Positions 1-10,038 are shown, numbered from the stretch's first letter. The stretch: 24,192 bases of DNA from an uncultured delta proteobacterium (GCA_963814585.1 CAWFDF010000018.1:1-24192), one strand, 5' to 3'. The notes: a model not told the origin generated them from the letters alone. Translations and numbers: made by a program.

Positions 1-775
1 CAGGGCGATCACGGCGGTCACCGAGAGCTGGATGCCCGAGTAGGCCGCGATGGGGACCAGGGTGACGCAGGCGATCGAGGAAGATCAGGGTGAGGCCGAC
101 CAGGAGGATGTGGAGCGCGATCTCGTTGGGGGTCTTCTGGCGGGAGGCGCCCTCGACGAGGCCGATCATCCGGTCGAGGAAGGACTCCCCGGGGTTGGCC
201 GTGATGCGGACCAGGATCCGGTCGGAGAGGACGGTCGTCCCCCCGGTGACCGCGCTCCGGTCACCGCCCGACTCCCGGATCACCGGCGCCGACTCGCCGG
301 TGATCGCCGATTCGTTGACCGAGGCGACGCCCTCGATCACCTCGCCGTCGCCCGGGATCATCTCGCCCGCCTCCACGACCACCACGTCCCCCTTGCGCAG
401 GGAGGCGGCGGCACCTGCTGCTCCTTGCCGTCCACCAGCCGCCGGGCCCCCACGTCCCGCCGCATCTTCCGCAGCGTGTCGGCCTGGGCCTTGCCGCGCC
501 CCTCGGCGATCGCCTCGGCGAAGTTGGCGAAGACCACCGTGAACCAGAGCCACAGGCTCACCGTCAGCGTGAACCAGCCCGGCGCCGCGCCGGGGGGGTG
601 GACAGCCGGTCGCGGATCCAGGAGCGTCGTGAGCAGGCTGCCCACCTCGACCACGAACATGACCGGGTTCCTGGCCACGAGCCGCGGGATCCAGCTTCGG
701 TGAGGCTCGCGACGCGCCGCGGCGCGGCGGATGGCGGGAATAGAGGAGCGACGTCTTCCGTGACCTGGTGGCCAT
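1..775 (-). CDS. kdpB: K+-transporting ATPase subunit B, N-terminal part (runs off the window; several apparent frameshifts)
   Basis: ATG at 775, two nt after the kdpA stop. Pieces across frames give [81 protein letters not shown] and [10 protein letters not shown]. Frame breaks near 680-720, 410 and 70. Confidence 0.95.
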   Translation of the reverse strand, partial: MATRSRKTSLLYSRHPPRRGASRASPKLDPAARGQEPGHVRGRGGQPAHDAPGSATGCPPPRRGAGLVHADGEPVALVHGGLRQLRRGDRRGARQGPGRHAAEDAAGRGGPAAGGRQGAAGAAASLRKGDVVVVEAGEMIPGDGEVIEGVASVNESAITGESAPVIRESGGDRSAVTGGTTVLSDRILVRITANPGESFLDRMIGLVEGASRQKTPNEIALHILLVGLTLIFLDRLRHPGPHRGLLGHPALGDRRDRP

Positions 776-777
776 GG

Positions 778-2501
778 CTAGAAGACCCTTCCGCGCAGGG
801 CGGCGAAGTGCTCGAGCACCGGCCCGAGCGACAGCGCCGGGAAGAAGGTCAGCGCGCCGACGAGGATGACGATCACCGTGACGAGGAGGACGACGAAGGT
901 CGGGCCGCCGGTGGGGAAGGTGCCGGGACCGGGCGGGGACCGACTTCTTCGCGACCATGGCGCCGGCGATGGCGAGCGCCGGGATAATCATGAAGAACCG
1001 CCCGACCAGCATGTCCACGCCGAGGGCGAGGTTCCAGAAGGTCGTGTTCGCGTTCAGGCCGGCGAAGGCCGAGCCGTTGTTGGCGGCGCCGCTGGTGAAG
1101 GCATAGAGCAGCTCGGAGAGCCCGTGAGGCCCGGCGTTGTTCAGCGATGAGGTCCCCTGCGGCACGACCGCCGCCCAGCCCGCCAGGACCAGCACCGCGA
1201 CCGGGAAGACCAGGACGTAGAGCACGGCCAGCTTCATCTCGCGCCCCTCCACCTTCTTCCCCAGGTACTCGGGCGTGCGCCCCACCATCAGGCCGGCGAG
1301 GAACACCGTCAGGATGGCCATGACCAGCATCCCGTAGAGGCCGGCGCCGACCCCGCCGAAGACGACCTCGCCGAGCTGCATGTTCACCATGGACCAGTCC
1401 GCCGAGGGGCGTGAAGCTGTCGTGCATGGAGTTCACGGCCCCGCAGGAGGCGTCGGTGGTCACGGTGGCGAAGAGCGCGGAGCTCGCCACGCCGAAGCGC
1501 ATCTCCTTGCCCTCCAGGTTGCCGGCGGACTGGTCGAGCTCCAGGTCGGCGAAGGCCGGGTTGCCGCCCGCCTCGGCGCCGTAGGCCACGGTCGCCCCGA
1601 CCAGGAAGAGCGCCGCCATGGCGGCGAAGAGCGCCCACCCCTGCCTCCCGTCCCGCGCCATCCGTCCGTAGGTGAAGGTGAGCCCGGCCGGGATGAGGAA
1701 GATGAGGAGCATCTGCACCAGGTTCACCAGCGGCGTGGGGTTCTCGAACGGATGGGCGCTGTTGGCGTTGAAGAAGCCGCCGCCGTTCGTCCCCAGCATC
1801 TTGATGGCCTCCTGCGACGCCACCGGGCCGAGCGTGACGACCTGCCTCGCCCCCTCGACGGTCTGGAGCTCGACGTTCGGCGAGAGCGTCTGCACCACCC
1901 CCTGGGAGACCAGGAAGACGGCGACCAGGAGCGAGAGGGGCAGGAGCACGTAGAGGGTGGCCCGGACGAGATCGGCCCAGAAGTTCCCGAGCGTCCTCGG
2001 ACCACCAGGACCCCCGCGGCGGGTCAGCCCACGCGCCAGGGCCAGCGCCACGCCGATGCCGGCGGCCGCGGACGTGAAGTTGTGCCAGGCGAGGCCGGCC
2101 ATCTGGGCCAGGTATCCCATCGTCGACTCGCCCGCATAGGCTTGCCAGTTCGTGTTGGTGGTGAAGCTCACCGCGGTGTTCCAGGCCAGCGCCGGGGCGA
2201 CCTCCCCGAGGCCGTTGGGGTTGAGCGGCAGCACCGCCTGGAGGCGGAGGATGGCGTAGGTGACGAGCAGGCCCATCGCGCTGAAGACGAGCAGCGAGAC
2301 CGCGTACGCCTTCCAGTCCTGCTCCCGGTCCGGGTCCACCCCGCAGGCCCGGAAGACGAGCCGCTCCACCGGACCGAGCAGGCGCGGGAGCGGTCGCGCC
2401 CGGCTCTCGAAGACGCGGTAGAGCCAGAGCCCGACCGGCTTCGTGAGCAGCAGGACGAGGAGGGAGAAGAGCCCGATCTGGAGCCAGCCGTTGACCGTCA
2501 T
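778..2501 (-). CDS. kdpA: K+-transporting ATPase subunit A (frameshifts near 1390 and 935)
   Basis: [43 protein letters not shown] and [17 protein letters not shown]. Continues in other frames as [19 protein letters not shown] and [17 protein letters not shown]...RVF-TAG (778-780). Confidence 0.97.
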
Positions 2502-2509
2502 GGGGTCCC

Positions 2510-2599
2510 CTAGAAGCGCTCGGGGCGGAGGAGCGCGTAGACGAGGTAGGCGGCGAGCAGGACGGCGACGCCGATGCCGAGGACGTGATCGAGGGACAT
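2510..2599 (-). CDS. kdpF: KdpF small membrane subunit (29 aa)
   Basis: MSLDHVLGIGVAVLLAAYLVYALLRPERF has the YL..AL..PE.F signature, an AGGAGG RBS upstream, and sits directly before kdpA. Confidence 0.93.
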   Translation of the reverse strand: MSLDHVLGIGVAVLLAAYLVYALLRPERF

Positions 2600-2607
2600 G
2601 CGGCCTC

Positions 2608-2691
2608 CTAGGACCGGTCGAGCGCTCGGACGAAGAGGACGGCGAGGAGGAAGAACGCGAGGGTGGCGGCGGCGAGGGCGAGATCGGCCAT
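2608..2691 (-). CDS. 27-aa single-TM peptide upstream of kdpF
   Basis: MADLALAAATLAFFLLAVLFVRALDRS. GAGG-type RBS overlapping the upstream stop codon; packed 8 nt from each neighbour. Confidence 0.75.
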   Translation of the reverse strand: MADLALAAATLAFFLLAVLFVRALDRS

Positions 2692-2699
2692 GGCGAGCC

Positions 2700-3040
2700 T
2701 CACTTGGTGGGCCGGGGGGTGTGGCTTCGCGCGATTTCCTGGCAGACGGGCGTCGCACTCCGGGAACTTGAGGACGAACTGCACCTGCGCGAGGCAGCGC
2801 TTCTCGAGCGCGTCGTTCCTAGGCCCGGCGCCGCAGAGGCGCTGGAGCTCCCCGAAGGCCTGCTCGTAGACCGCTCGCCGCTGCACCGGATCCAGCCCCT
2901 CGATGGCGCGATGCTCGGCGCTCGAGCTCCAGCTGAACGCGACCGCCAGGCCCAGGGCGATGAGCAGGGCCAGGGCCCAGCCGGCACGGATCGCGGTACC
3001 GAAGAGGCTGCTCCCTTGGAGGTCGGGTCGAGGCATCCAT
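2700..3040 (-). CDS. Hypothetical ~110-aa membrane-anchored protein with four Cys (frameshift near 2750; start at 3036 or 3040)
   Basis: TM segment GWALALLIALGLAVAFSW, then ELQRLCGAG...EKRCLAQVQFVLKFPECDA, continuing in the next frame as CQEIARSHTPRPTK-stop (2700). First gene of the kdp unit. Confidence 0.7.
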
Positions 3041-3052
3041 GCCCACGGAGAG

Positions 3053-3069
3053 AGCATCCGTCGTGCCAG
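3053..3069 (-). promoter_or_regulatory. Sigma54 (-24/-12) promoter for the kdp unit
   Basis: Minus strand reads CTGGCACGACGGATGCT: TGGCAC-N5-ATGC with exact GG-N10-GC spacing. Confidence 0.7.
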
Positions 3070-3117
3070 CCCTTCTCCGGGAAATCGGGCACTTCCGCCC
3101 CGGGATCACGGGGGCGA

Positions 3118-3162
3118 TTGCATCTTGCAGGGAGACGCCCGCTGGCGGATTGCAGGGCGCAA
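3118..3162. promoter_or_regulatory. Paired TTGCA-N3-YGCA boxes, candidate enhancer-binding-protein sites
   Basis: TTGCATCTTGCA (3118-3129) and TTGCAGGGCGCAA (3150-3162) start 32 bp apart, about 75-120 bp upstream of the predicted sigma54 start site. Confidence 0.5.
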
Positions 3163-3311
3163 CGCCGGCGAGGCCACCCACGGGCCGGCGACCGAGGTGG
3201 CCTGGTGGTCGGGCGGCAGGCCGGCTCGACCGGGCCAGGGCAGGACGCCACGTGCTATGGCTGGTGGCACCGGTCCGCGCGGTTGCCCCGGGCCGGAGAC
3301 GAGGTGTGGCC

Positions 3312-4230
3312 ATGTCGACCTGGGAAGCGGACGCGGACCTCCTCCACTCGTGCGGCGCGCGGCACGCGCTGATCCTCTCGCAGACCAGCGCGGCCCTCGG
3401 CCAGCTCGCGGAGGGGATCGCGCGCGCCCTGGCGCCGCGGCAGGTCCGCATCTCCTCGGCGGGCGCCACCCCGGGACGCCTCGACCCCCTCGCCAGGCGC
3501 GTGCTCGCCGAGCTCTCGGTGAACGTCGCCGACCAGCACCCGAAGGGACTCGCCGAGGTGGACGCCTCCGACGTGCAGGCGATCCTGGTGGTCTCGGAGG
3601 AGGACCCGACCCCACCCGGGCTGCAAGGACGTCCTGCGGGTCCACTGGCCGCTGCCCGACCCGGCCGCCGGAGGGGGCACGGAGGAGGAGAAGCTCGCCC
3701 GCTACCGCGCGGTCCGCAACGAGCTTCGCCGCCGGCTCATCCGGGTCTTCGCGCGGGAGCTGGTGGTGACCGCCGAGACCGGGGGCACGACCACCTCCAT
3801 CGGCCCGGCCTCGGGCGGCGACATCGACGGCATCCAGCGGCTGCTGGTGGGTTCGCTGCTGCCGTCGCGGGACGTCGGCGGGGCTCGCCAGCGCTTCATC
3901 GTGGCCAGCGAGAACGGCCGGCTCATCGGCTGCGCCGGGCTCCAGGTGGCCCGCCAGGACGGCCTGGTCCGCTCGATGGCGGTCCACTGGACGCGCCGCA
4001 ACGCCGGCCTGGGGAGCAGGCTGCTCGAGCGGCTCCTCTTCGAGGCGGTGCTGGCCGGCGTCCGGACGCTCTACGTCGTCACCACCACGGCCGAGGACTT
4101 CTTCGCCGGCCATGGCTTCCGGAAGATCGCGGCGAGCGCGGTGCCGCCCGAGCTGCAGGCCTCGGAGGAGTTCACCGCCTTCGTGCCCGGGGGCAGCACG
4201 GTCATGTCGCGGCCGGTGTCGCCGGCCTGA
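3312..4230 (+). CDS. Fusion of a degenerate LMW-PTP/ArsC-like domain and an ArsN2-like GNAT acetyltransferase (one frameshift near 3622)
   Basis: GAGG RBS and ATG at 3312. QLAEGIARAL, SSAGATP and, after the shift, VHWPLPDPA...YRAVRNEL, which runs without a stop into GCAGLQ..GLVRSMAV..RRNAGLGSRLL..LYVVTTTAEDFF..GF..ASEEF. Confidence 0.8.
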
Positions 4231-4314
4231 CCGCGGCGTCGAGGCCCGGCCGGCCGGTGGCCGCCGCCGGACCGGATGACCTCGCCCTGCCCGGGTGTGG
4301 GTCCGGGCCGCGGG

Positions 4315-4992
4315 TCAGCGCCGTCTCGTCAGGACCACGTGCATGGCACGGTCCGTGGCGACGTGCTCGGTGCACGTGTAGCCGAGGCTCGCGGTGTCGA
4401 TGCCGGCGAAGAGGTGCTCGCCCCGGCCAAGGACCACGGGGGAGACCGCCAGATGGAGCTCGTCGATCAGGCCCGCCGTGAGGTACTGCCGGATGGTGGC
4501 GGCGCCACCACCGAGCCGGACGTCCCGGCCCTTGGCCGCCTGCCTCGCGAGCTCCAGGGCAGCGTGGATGCCGTCGGTCACGAAGTGGAACGTGGTTCCG
4601 CCTTCCATCGTGATGGGCGCCCGCGCATGGTGCGTGAGGACGAAGACGGGCACGTGGTAGGGCGGGTTGCTGCCCCACCATCCCTTCCAGCCGTCGTCGG
4701 CCCATGGACCCCGCACTGGACCGAACATGTTGCGGCCGAGGATCCAGGCGCCGACGTTCTCGAAGCCCCTCGCGGCGAAGGCGTCATCGGCGTCCTCCCG
4801 GCCGGCCTGGTCGCCGATCAGCGAGGCGGCGAAGTCGGCGTGCAGCTTCTGGAACGTCCTGGTCCCGAGCACCCACTGGTGCAGCGCCATTCCTCCGACG
4901 CCCATCGGATTCTCCAGGCTCTGTTCGGGACCGGCGCAGAAGCCATCGACGGAGATCCCAAGTGCGTTCACCCGAAGCCTCGACATGATCAC
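4315..4992 (-). CDS. Dihydrofolate reductase / RibD C-terminal domain family protein
   Basis: ISVDGF.AGP, ILGRNMF, PPYHVPVFVLTH, GGGAATIRQYL.AGLIDELHLAVSPVVLGRG. AAGGAGAG RBS; start may be ATG 4986. Confidence 0.9.
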   Translation of the reverse strand: MIMSRLRVNALGISVDGFCAGPEQSLENPMGVGGMALHQWVLGTRTFQKLHADFAASLIGDQAGREDADDAFAARGFENVGAWILGRNMFGPVRGPWADDGWKGWWGSNPPYHVPVFVLTHHARAPITMEGGTTFHFVTDGIHAALELARQAAKGRDVRLGGGAATIRQYLTAGLIDELHLAVSPVVLGRGEHLFAGIDTASLGYTCTEHVATDRAMHVVLTRRR

Positions 4993-5100
4993 CTCTCCTT
5001 TCGCCAGTGGAGTCGCCCGTGACCGCGGCGACGACCGGCTCCCCGCGCTTCGACGGTCGCGCTTGGGCAGCGCAGGAGGGCCAGGACGAGGCCCCGCACC

Positions 5101-5967
5101 TCAGAGCCCCAGCGCCTTCGGGTCCTTGCCGGCGTCCGGGACGAACAGCGGGGCCCCGAACTTCTCGACGCCGAAGCGGCCGATGGCCTCCTGCGTCTTC
5201 GGCGCAACCATGTAGTCGGCGAACGCCCTGGCGCCCGCCGCGTTGACCTTCGGCCACTTCGACGGGGTCACCTCGATGACGTGGTAGACGTTGAGGAGGA
5301 GCGGCTCCTTCTCGAGGACGATGTCGAGGTCGAGCCTCCGGGCCTTCGAGAGCGCCAGGAAGGTCGCGCGGTCGGTCAGCGTGTACCCGTCCTTCTCCGA
5401 CGCCACGGCGAGGGTCTCGCCCATCCCGAGCCCCGTCTGCTGGTACCACCTCTGTCCGTCGGGCTTCACGCCAGCCGCCTTCCAGAGGTTCTTCTCCTTG
5501 GCGTGGGTCCCGGAGTTGTCTCCCCGCGAGACGAAGAGCGCCCCGGCCTGGGCGATGGCGGCCATCGCCTCCTTCGACGATCCCGTGCCCTTCACCTTCG
5601 CCGGATCCTTCCTCGGGCCGACGATGACGAAGTCGTTGTGCATCACCAGGCGGCGATTCACGCCGAACCCCTCGTCGACGAGCTTCTGCTCGTCGGCGGG
5701 CGAGTGGACCAGGAGCACGTCCGCCTCGCCCCGCCGCCCCATCGCCATCGCCTGGCCGGACCCCACCGAGATGGTCTTGACGACGTAGCCGGCCTCCTTC
5801 TGGAACGGCGGGAGCAGGGCGTCGAGGAGCCCCGAGTCCTGGGTGCTGGTGGTCGTCGCCAGGATGATGGTCCTGGAGGCGTCCTCCGCGCGAGCGGGGC
5901 TTGCGAGGAGGGCAAGGCCCGCCAGGGCCGTCGCAAGGAGGGCGGTGAAGCTTCGGCGTGGGCACAT
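5101..5967 (-). CDS. tupA: Tungstate ABC transporter substrate-binding protein, TupA family
   Basis: Signal peptide, then LATTTSTQDSGLL (TupA TTTS signature), VGSGQA, ADVLLVHSP, MHNDFVIVGP, FVSRGDNSGTH.KE, YTLTDRAT. ATG 5967 with a GGGAG RBS. Confidence 0.88.
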   Translation of the reverse strand: MCPRRSFTALLATALAGLALLASPARAEDASRTIILATTTSTQDSGLLDALLPPFQKEAGYVVKTISVGSGQAMAMGRRGEADVLLVHSPADEQKLVDEGFGVNRRLVMHNDFVIVGPRKDPAKVKGTGSSKEAMAAIAQAGALFVSRGDNSGTHAKEKNLWKAAGVKPDGQRWYQQTGLGMGETLAVASEKDGYTLTDRATFLALSKARRLDLDIVLEKEPLLLNVYHVIEVTPSKWPKVNAAGARAFADYMVAPKTQEAIGRFGVEKFGAPLFVPDAGKDPKALGL

Positions 5968-6108
5968 GGTTCTCGCTCCCGTCGGTGTCGTGGTGTTCCC
6001 GCAGACCAGCACGGAGGCCATCGGCCTTCAATCCCCGTTCTGGGTACCTGCCTCCTGGCCCCGGCCGACCCGTCCCGGGGGCGGCACGCCTATACTCCTC
6101 CGGCCGCC

Positions 6109-6981
6109 ATGCAAGACAAGCTCCTGAAGACCGCCGAGGTCGCCGAGGTCCTGCGGGTCCACCCGAAGCACGTGTACCGACTGCTCAAGAGGGGGCTCCC
6201 GGCGCGCCGGGTCGGGGCCGAGTGGCGCTTCTCGCGTGATGACGTGCTGGCCTGGTCCGGCGGCCGGCCGAGGCCAACGGAGGACGGGCACCAGGAGGGC
6301 GCCCGCTCCCGGACCGAGGCGCCGCCCTCGCTCGTCGCGACGAGCGGTGACGTGGCCGCGCTCGCGCTCCTGAAGCTCTTCAACGCCCTGGGTCCGCCGT
6401 TCCTCGGAGTCCTGCAGGCCGACCCCCGCTCGGCGGCCCCGCTGCTGGGCCAGCAATCGGTCCTGGCGGCCGGAGCCCTCGCCGGCGGCTTCCCCACCCA
6501 CGTCGGCGGCGAGCGGGTGGCTCGGCTCCACCTCGTGCGGCGAGAGGTCGGCCTCCTGCGCCCCAGGGGGACCCCCCGGATCGGCCTCCAGGAGCTCGCT
6601 CGGAAGCGACTCGCGTCGCGGCCAGGCAGCGCGGGGGTTCGCACCTACCTCGACGCGGCGATGCGGGCCGCCGGACTCGACCCGGTGCGCGGCTTCCGGA
6701 ACCTGCTGGAGTACCCCTCCCACCTCGACGTCGTCCTGGCCGTGGCGACGGGGCGCGCCGCCGCCGGCCTCGCCACGCGCGCCTGGGGCGAGAGGGCCGG
6801 TCTCGCGTTCCAGCCCCTCAGCCAGGAGGACTACGGGCTGGTCTTCCTGGCGCGGGATCTGGGCGATCCTCGGGTGGTGAGGCTGTGCGAGCTCGCCCAG
6901 GGGCGGCGCTTCCGCGACGAGGTCGGCGCCCTGGCCGGCAATGACACCACCGGCGCGGGCGACCTGCGCTACGACGGCTGA
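6109..6981 (+). CDS. Transcriptional regulator: excisionase-like HTH plus oxyanion-binding PBP-like domain
   Basis: LLKTAEVAEVLRVHPKHVYRLLKRGLPARRVGAEWRF, then RREVGLL, SRPGSAGVR, SHLDVVLAVATGRA.AGL, F.PL..EDY.LV. TATACT -10-like box at 6091-6096. Confidence 0.85.
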   Translation: MQDKLLKTAEVAEVLRVHPKHVYRLLKRGLPARRVGAEWRFSRDDVLAWSGGRPRPTEDGHQEGARSRTEAPPSLVATSGDVAALALLKLFNALGPPFLGVLQADPRSAAPLLGQQSVLAAGALAGGFPTHVGGERVARLHLVRREVGLLRPRGTPRIGLQELARKRLASRPGSAGVRTYLDAAMRAAGLDPVRGFRNLLEYPSHLDVVLAVATGRAAAGLATRAWGERAGLAFQPLSQEDYGLVFLARDLGDPRVVRLCELAQGRRFRDEVGALAGNDTTGAGDLRYDG

Positions 6982-7064
6982 GATGCCGTCACGTGCCGAG
7001 TCAGGCGGAACCGCGACCACCTCCGGGAGTCCGGGGCCTCACCTCCTGGCCGTGCCATCCTCGG

Positions 7065-8492
7065 CTAGATCTTCACCATGACGTGGCGGACCGCGGTGTA
7101 GTCCTCGAGCGCGTACATCGACAGGTCCTTGCCGTACCCCGACTGCTTCACGCCGCCGTGCGGCATCTCGGAGACCAGCATGAAGTGGGAGTTGACCCAG
7201 GTCGCGCCGTACTGGAGGCGCGAGGCCACCTGCATGGCCTTGGACACGTCGCGGGACCAGACCGAGGAGGCCAGGCCGAAGATGGAGTCGTTGGCCCACT
7301 CGATGCCCTGCTCCACGTCGTCGAAGCGGGTCACCGAGACCACGGGACCGAAGACCTCCTGCTGCACGATCTCGTCCTTCTGGAGCGCCCCGGCCACCAC
7401 GGTGGGCTCGTAGAAGAAGCCCTTCCCCGGCCGCTCCCTGCCGCCGGCCGTGATCTCCACGTGCTTGCTGGCGCGAGCGCGGTCCACGAAGCCCTTCACG
7501 GCGGTGCGGTGCTCGGCGGTGATGCAGGGGCCCATCTCGACCCCCTCCTCGTCCTGCGTGCCCACCTTGATGGACTTCGCCGCCGCCGAGAGATCGGCCA
7601 CCAGCCGGTCGTAGAGCTTCGACTGGGCGTAGACGCGGCAGGCGGCCGTGCAGTCCTGGCCCGCGTTGTAGAAGGAGAAGGCGCGCAGGCCGGAGACCAC
7701 CAGGTCGAGGTCGGCGTCGTCGAAGACCACCACCGGGGCCTTGCCGCCGAGCTCGAGGTGGGTGCGCAGGATGTTCTGCTTGGCCGCCTCCAGGATGTGC
7801 TGGCCGCTCCCCACCGAACCGGTGATGGAGACCATGCGGGTCTCCGGCTGCGAGAGGATCTTGGTGCCCACCGACGAGCCGCGGCCTGCGACGACGTTGA
7901 TGACGCCCCTGGGGAAGATGCCGGCGATGAGCTCTCCGAGGGCGAGCGTCGTGAGCGGGGTCTGGACCGAGGGCTTGATGACGACGGTGTTGCCGGCCGC
8001 CACGGCGGGCGCGAGCTTCCAGGCCGCCATCATGAGCGGGTAGTTCCAGGGGGCGATGGAGGCCACCACCCCGAGCGGATCCCGCCGGATCATGCTGGTG
8101 TAGCCAGGCGCGTACTCACCGGCCACGGCGCCGGTCATGGTCCGGCAGGCCCCGGCGAAGAACCGGAAGACGTCGACGATCGCCGGGATCTCGTCGTTGA
8201 GCACCGCCAGGTAGGGCTTGCCGGCGTTCCGGGACTCGAGGCGGGCGAACTCGGCGCCGCGCTGCTCGACGGCGTCGGCCAGCTTGAGGAGCATGGCGGC
8301 GCGATCGCGCGGCACCGTGCGCGACCAGGCCTGGAAGGCCCGATGGGCGGCCTTCACCGCCCTGATCACCTGGGCCTCGGAGGCCTCGGGGATCTCGACG
8401 ATCAGCTCGCCGGTGGCCGGGTCGAGGACCTTCTCGCCACGGCCGGCCTCGCCGCTGACGAACTCGCCGTCGATGAGCATCTTCTGGTTCAT
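7065..8492 (-). CDS. patD: Gamma-aminobutyraldehyde dehydrogenase (475 aa)
   Basis: [94 protein letters not shown] overlaps the gabD stop (ATGA). Confidence 0.9.
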   Translation of the reverse strand: MNQKMLIDGEFVSGEAGRGEKVLDPATGELIVEIPEASEAQVIRAVKAAHRAFQAWSRTVPRDRAAMLLKLADAVEQRGAEFARLESRNAGKPYLAVLNDEIPAIVDVFRFFAGACRTMTGAVAGEYAPGYTSMIRRDPLGVVASIAPWNYPLMMAAWKLAPAVAAGNTVVIKPSVQTPLTTLALGELIAGIFPRGVINVVAGRGSSVGTKILSQPETRMVSITGSVGSGQHILEAAKQNILRTHLELGGKAPVVVFDDADLDLVVSGLRAFSFYNAGQDCTAACRVYAQSKLYDRLVADLSAAAKSIKVGTQDEEGVEMGPCITAEHRTAVKGFVDRARASKHVEITAGGRERPGKGFFYEPTVVAGALQKDEIVQQEVFGPVVSVTRFDDVEQGIEWANDSIFGLASSVWSRDVSKAMQVASRLQYGATWVNSHFMLVSEMPHGGVKQSGYGKDLSMYALEDYTAVRHVMVKI

Positions 8493-10025
8493 GGTTCGAC
8501 TCCTTCGGCCGGCGCGAGGCCGGGCAGGTGGGACGACTGGGGTGGGCGTCGGGGCGGCTCGGCGATGCCCCCGATGCAGACGTACTTCTGGACCAGGAAG
8601 TCCTCGATGCCGTACTTCGACCCCTCCCGGCCGAAGCCGGACTCCTTGACGCCGCCGAAGGGGGCCACCTCGGTGGAGATGAGGCCGGTGTTGAGCCCGA
8701 CCATGCCGACCTCCAGCCGCTCGGACACGCGCCAGGCGCGGGCCAGGTCGCGGGTGTAGAAGTACGCGGCCAGGCCGAACTCGGTGTCGTTGGCGAGCGC
8801 CATCGCCTCGTCCTCGGACTGGAAGCGGAAGAGGGGCGCCAGCGGGCCGAAGGTCTCCTCCCGGGCGACCAGCATCTCCGCGGTGGCCTCGGTGATGACG
8901 GTGGGCTCGAAGAAGCTGCCGCCGAGCGCGTGGCGGGCCCCTCCGGTGAGCACCTTGCCGCCCCTGGCGACGGCGTCGGCCACGTGCTCCTCCACCTTCT
9001 TCACGGCCGCCTCGTCGATGAGCGGCCCCTGCTGGGTCTCGGACCGCAGGCCATCGCCCACCTTCAGCTCGGCCACCGCGGCGGCCAGCTTCCGGGCGAA
9101 CACGTCGTACACCCCGGCCTGCACGAGCACCCGGTTGGTGCAGACGCAGGTCTGCCCGCTGTTGCGGTACTTCGAGGCCAGCACGCCCTGGACGGCGGCG
9201 TCGAGGTCGGCGTCGTCGAAGACGATGAACGGGGCGTTGCCGCCGAGCTCGAGGGACACCTTCTTCACCGTCCCGGCGCAGGCGGCCATGAGCTGCTTGC
9301 CGATCTCGGTGGAGCCGGTGAAGGTGACCTTGCGGACGAGTCGGGTTGGTGGTGAGCTCCTGGCCGATGGCCCCGGCGTCGCCGGTGACCACGTTGAAGA
9401 CGCCGGGGGGGAGGCCGGCCCGCTCCCCGAGCTCGGCGAGGGCCAGCGCGGAGAAGGGGGTGGCCGAGGCCGGCTTGAGCACCACGGTGCAGCCGGCGGC
9501 CAGGGCCGGGCCGGCCTTGCGGGTGATCATGGCGGCGGGGAAGTTCCACGGCGTGATGGCCGCCACCACGCCGATGGGCTCCTTCAGGACCAGGATGCGC
9601 TTGTCCGGGTGGTGGCCCGGGATGGTGTCGCCGTAGACCCGCTTGCCCTCCTCGGCGAACCACTCGATGAAGGAGGCGGCGTAGACGATCTCGCCGCGCG
9701 CCTCGGTCAGCGGCTTGCCCTGCTCGGCGGTCATCAGGGTGGCCAGGTCTTCCTGGTTGGCCACGATGAGCTCGAACCAGCGCCGCAGCACCCCGGCCCG
9801 CTCCTTGGCGGTGCGGGAACGCCAGGCGGGCAGCGCGGCGGAGGCGGCCTGGACGGCAGCGCGCGCGCCGTCGGCGCCCAGGCGGGGGACGGTTCCGATG
9901 GACTCACCGGTGGCGGGGTTCCTCACGGTGATCGCTCGACCGTCGGGCGCGTCGGTCCAGGCGCCGCGGATGTAGCAGCGCTGGCGGAGCAGGAGCTCGT
10001 CTCTGAGGGGAACCGGGGCTGGCAT
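8489..10025 (-). CDS. gabD: NAD(P)-dependent succinate-semialdehyde dehydrogenase (frameshift near 9345)
   Basis: [87 protein letters not shown]. Confidence 0.93.
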
Positions 10026-10038
10026 CTTCGTGGACTTG

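Noticed and set aside
3265..3282. Sigma54 promoter (TGGCAC) for the ArsC-GNAT gene
   Set aside because: No GC at the required GG-N10-GC spacing.
6109..6260. Phage excisionase marking a prophage
   Set aside because: The HTH is fused to a PBP-like domain, a known regulator architecture, and no phage genes are nearby.
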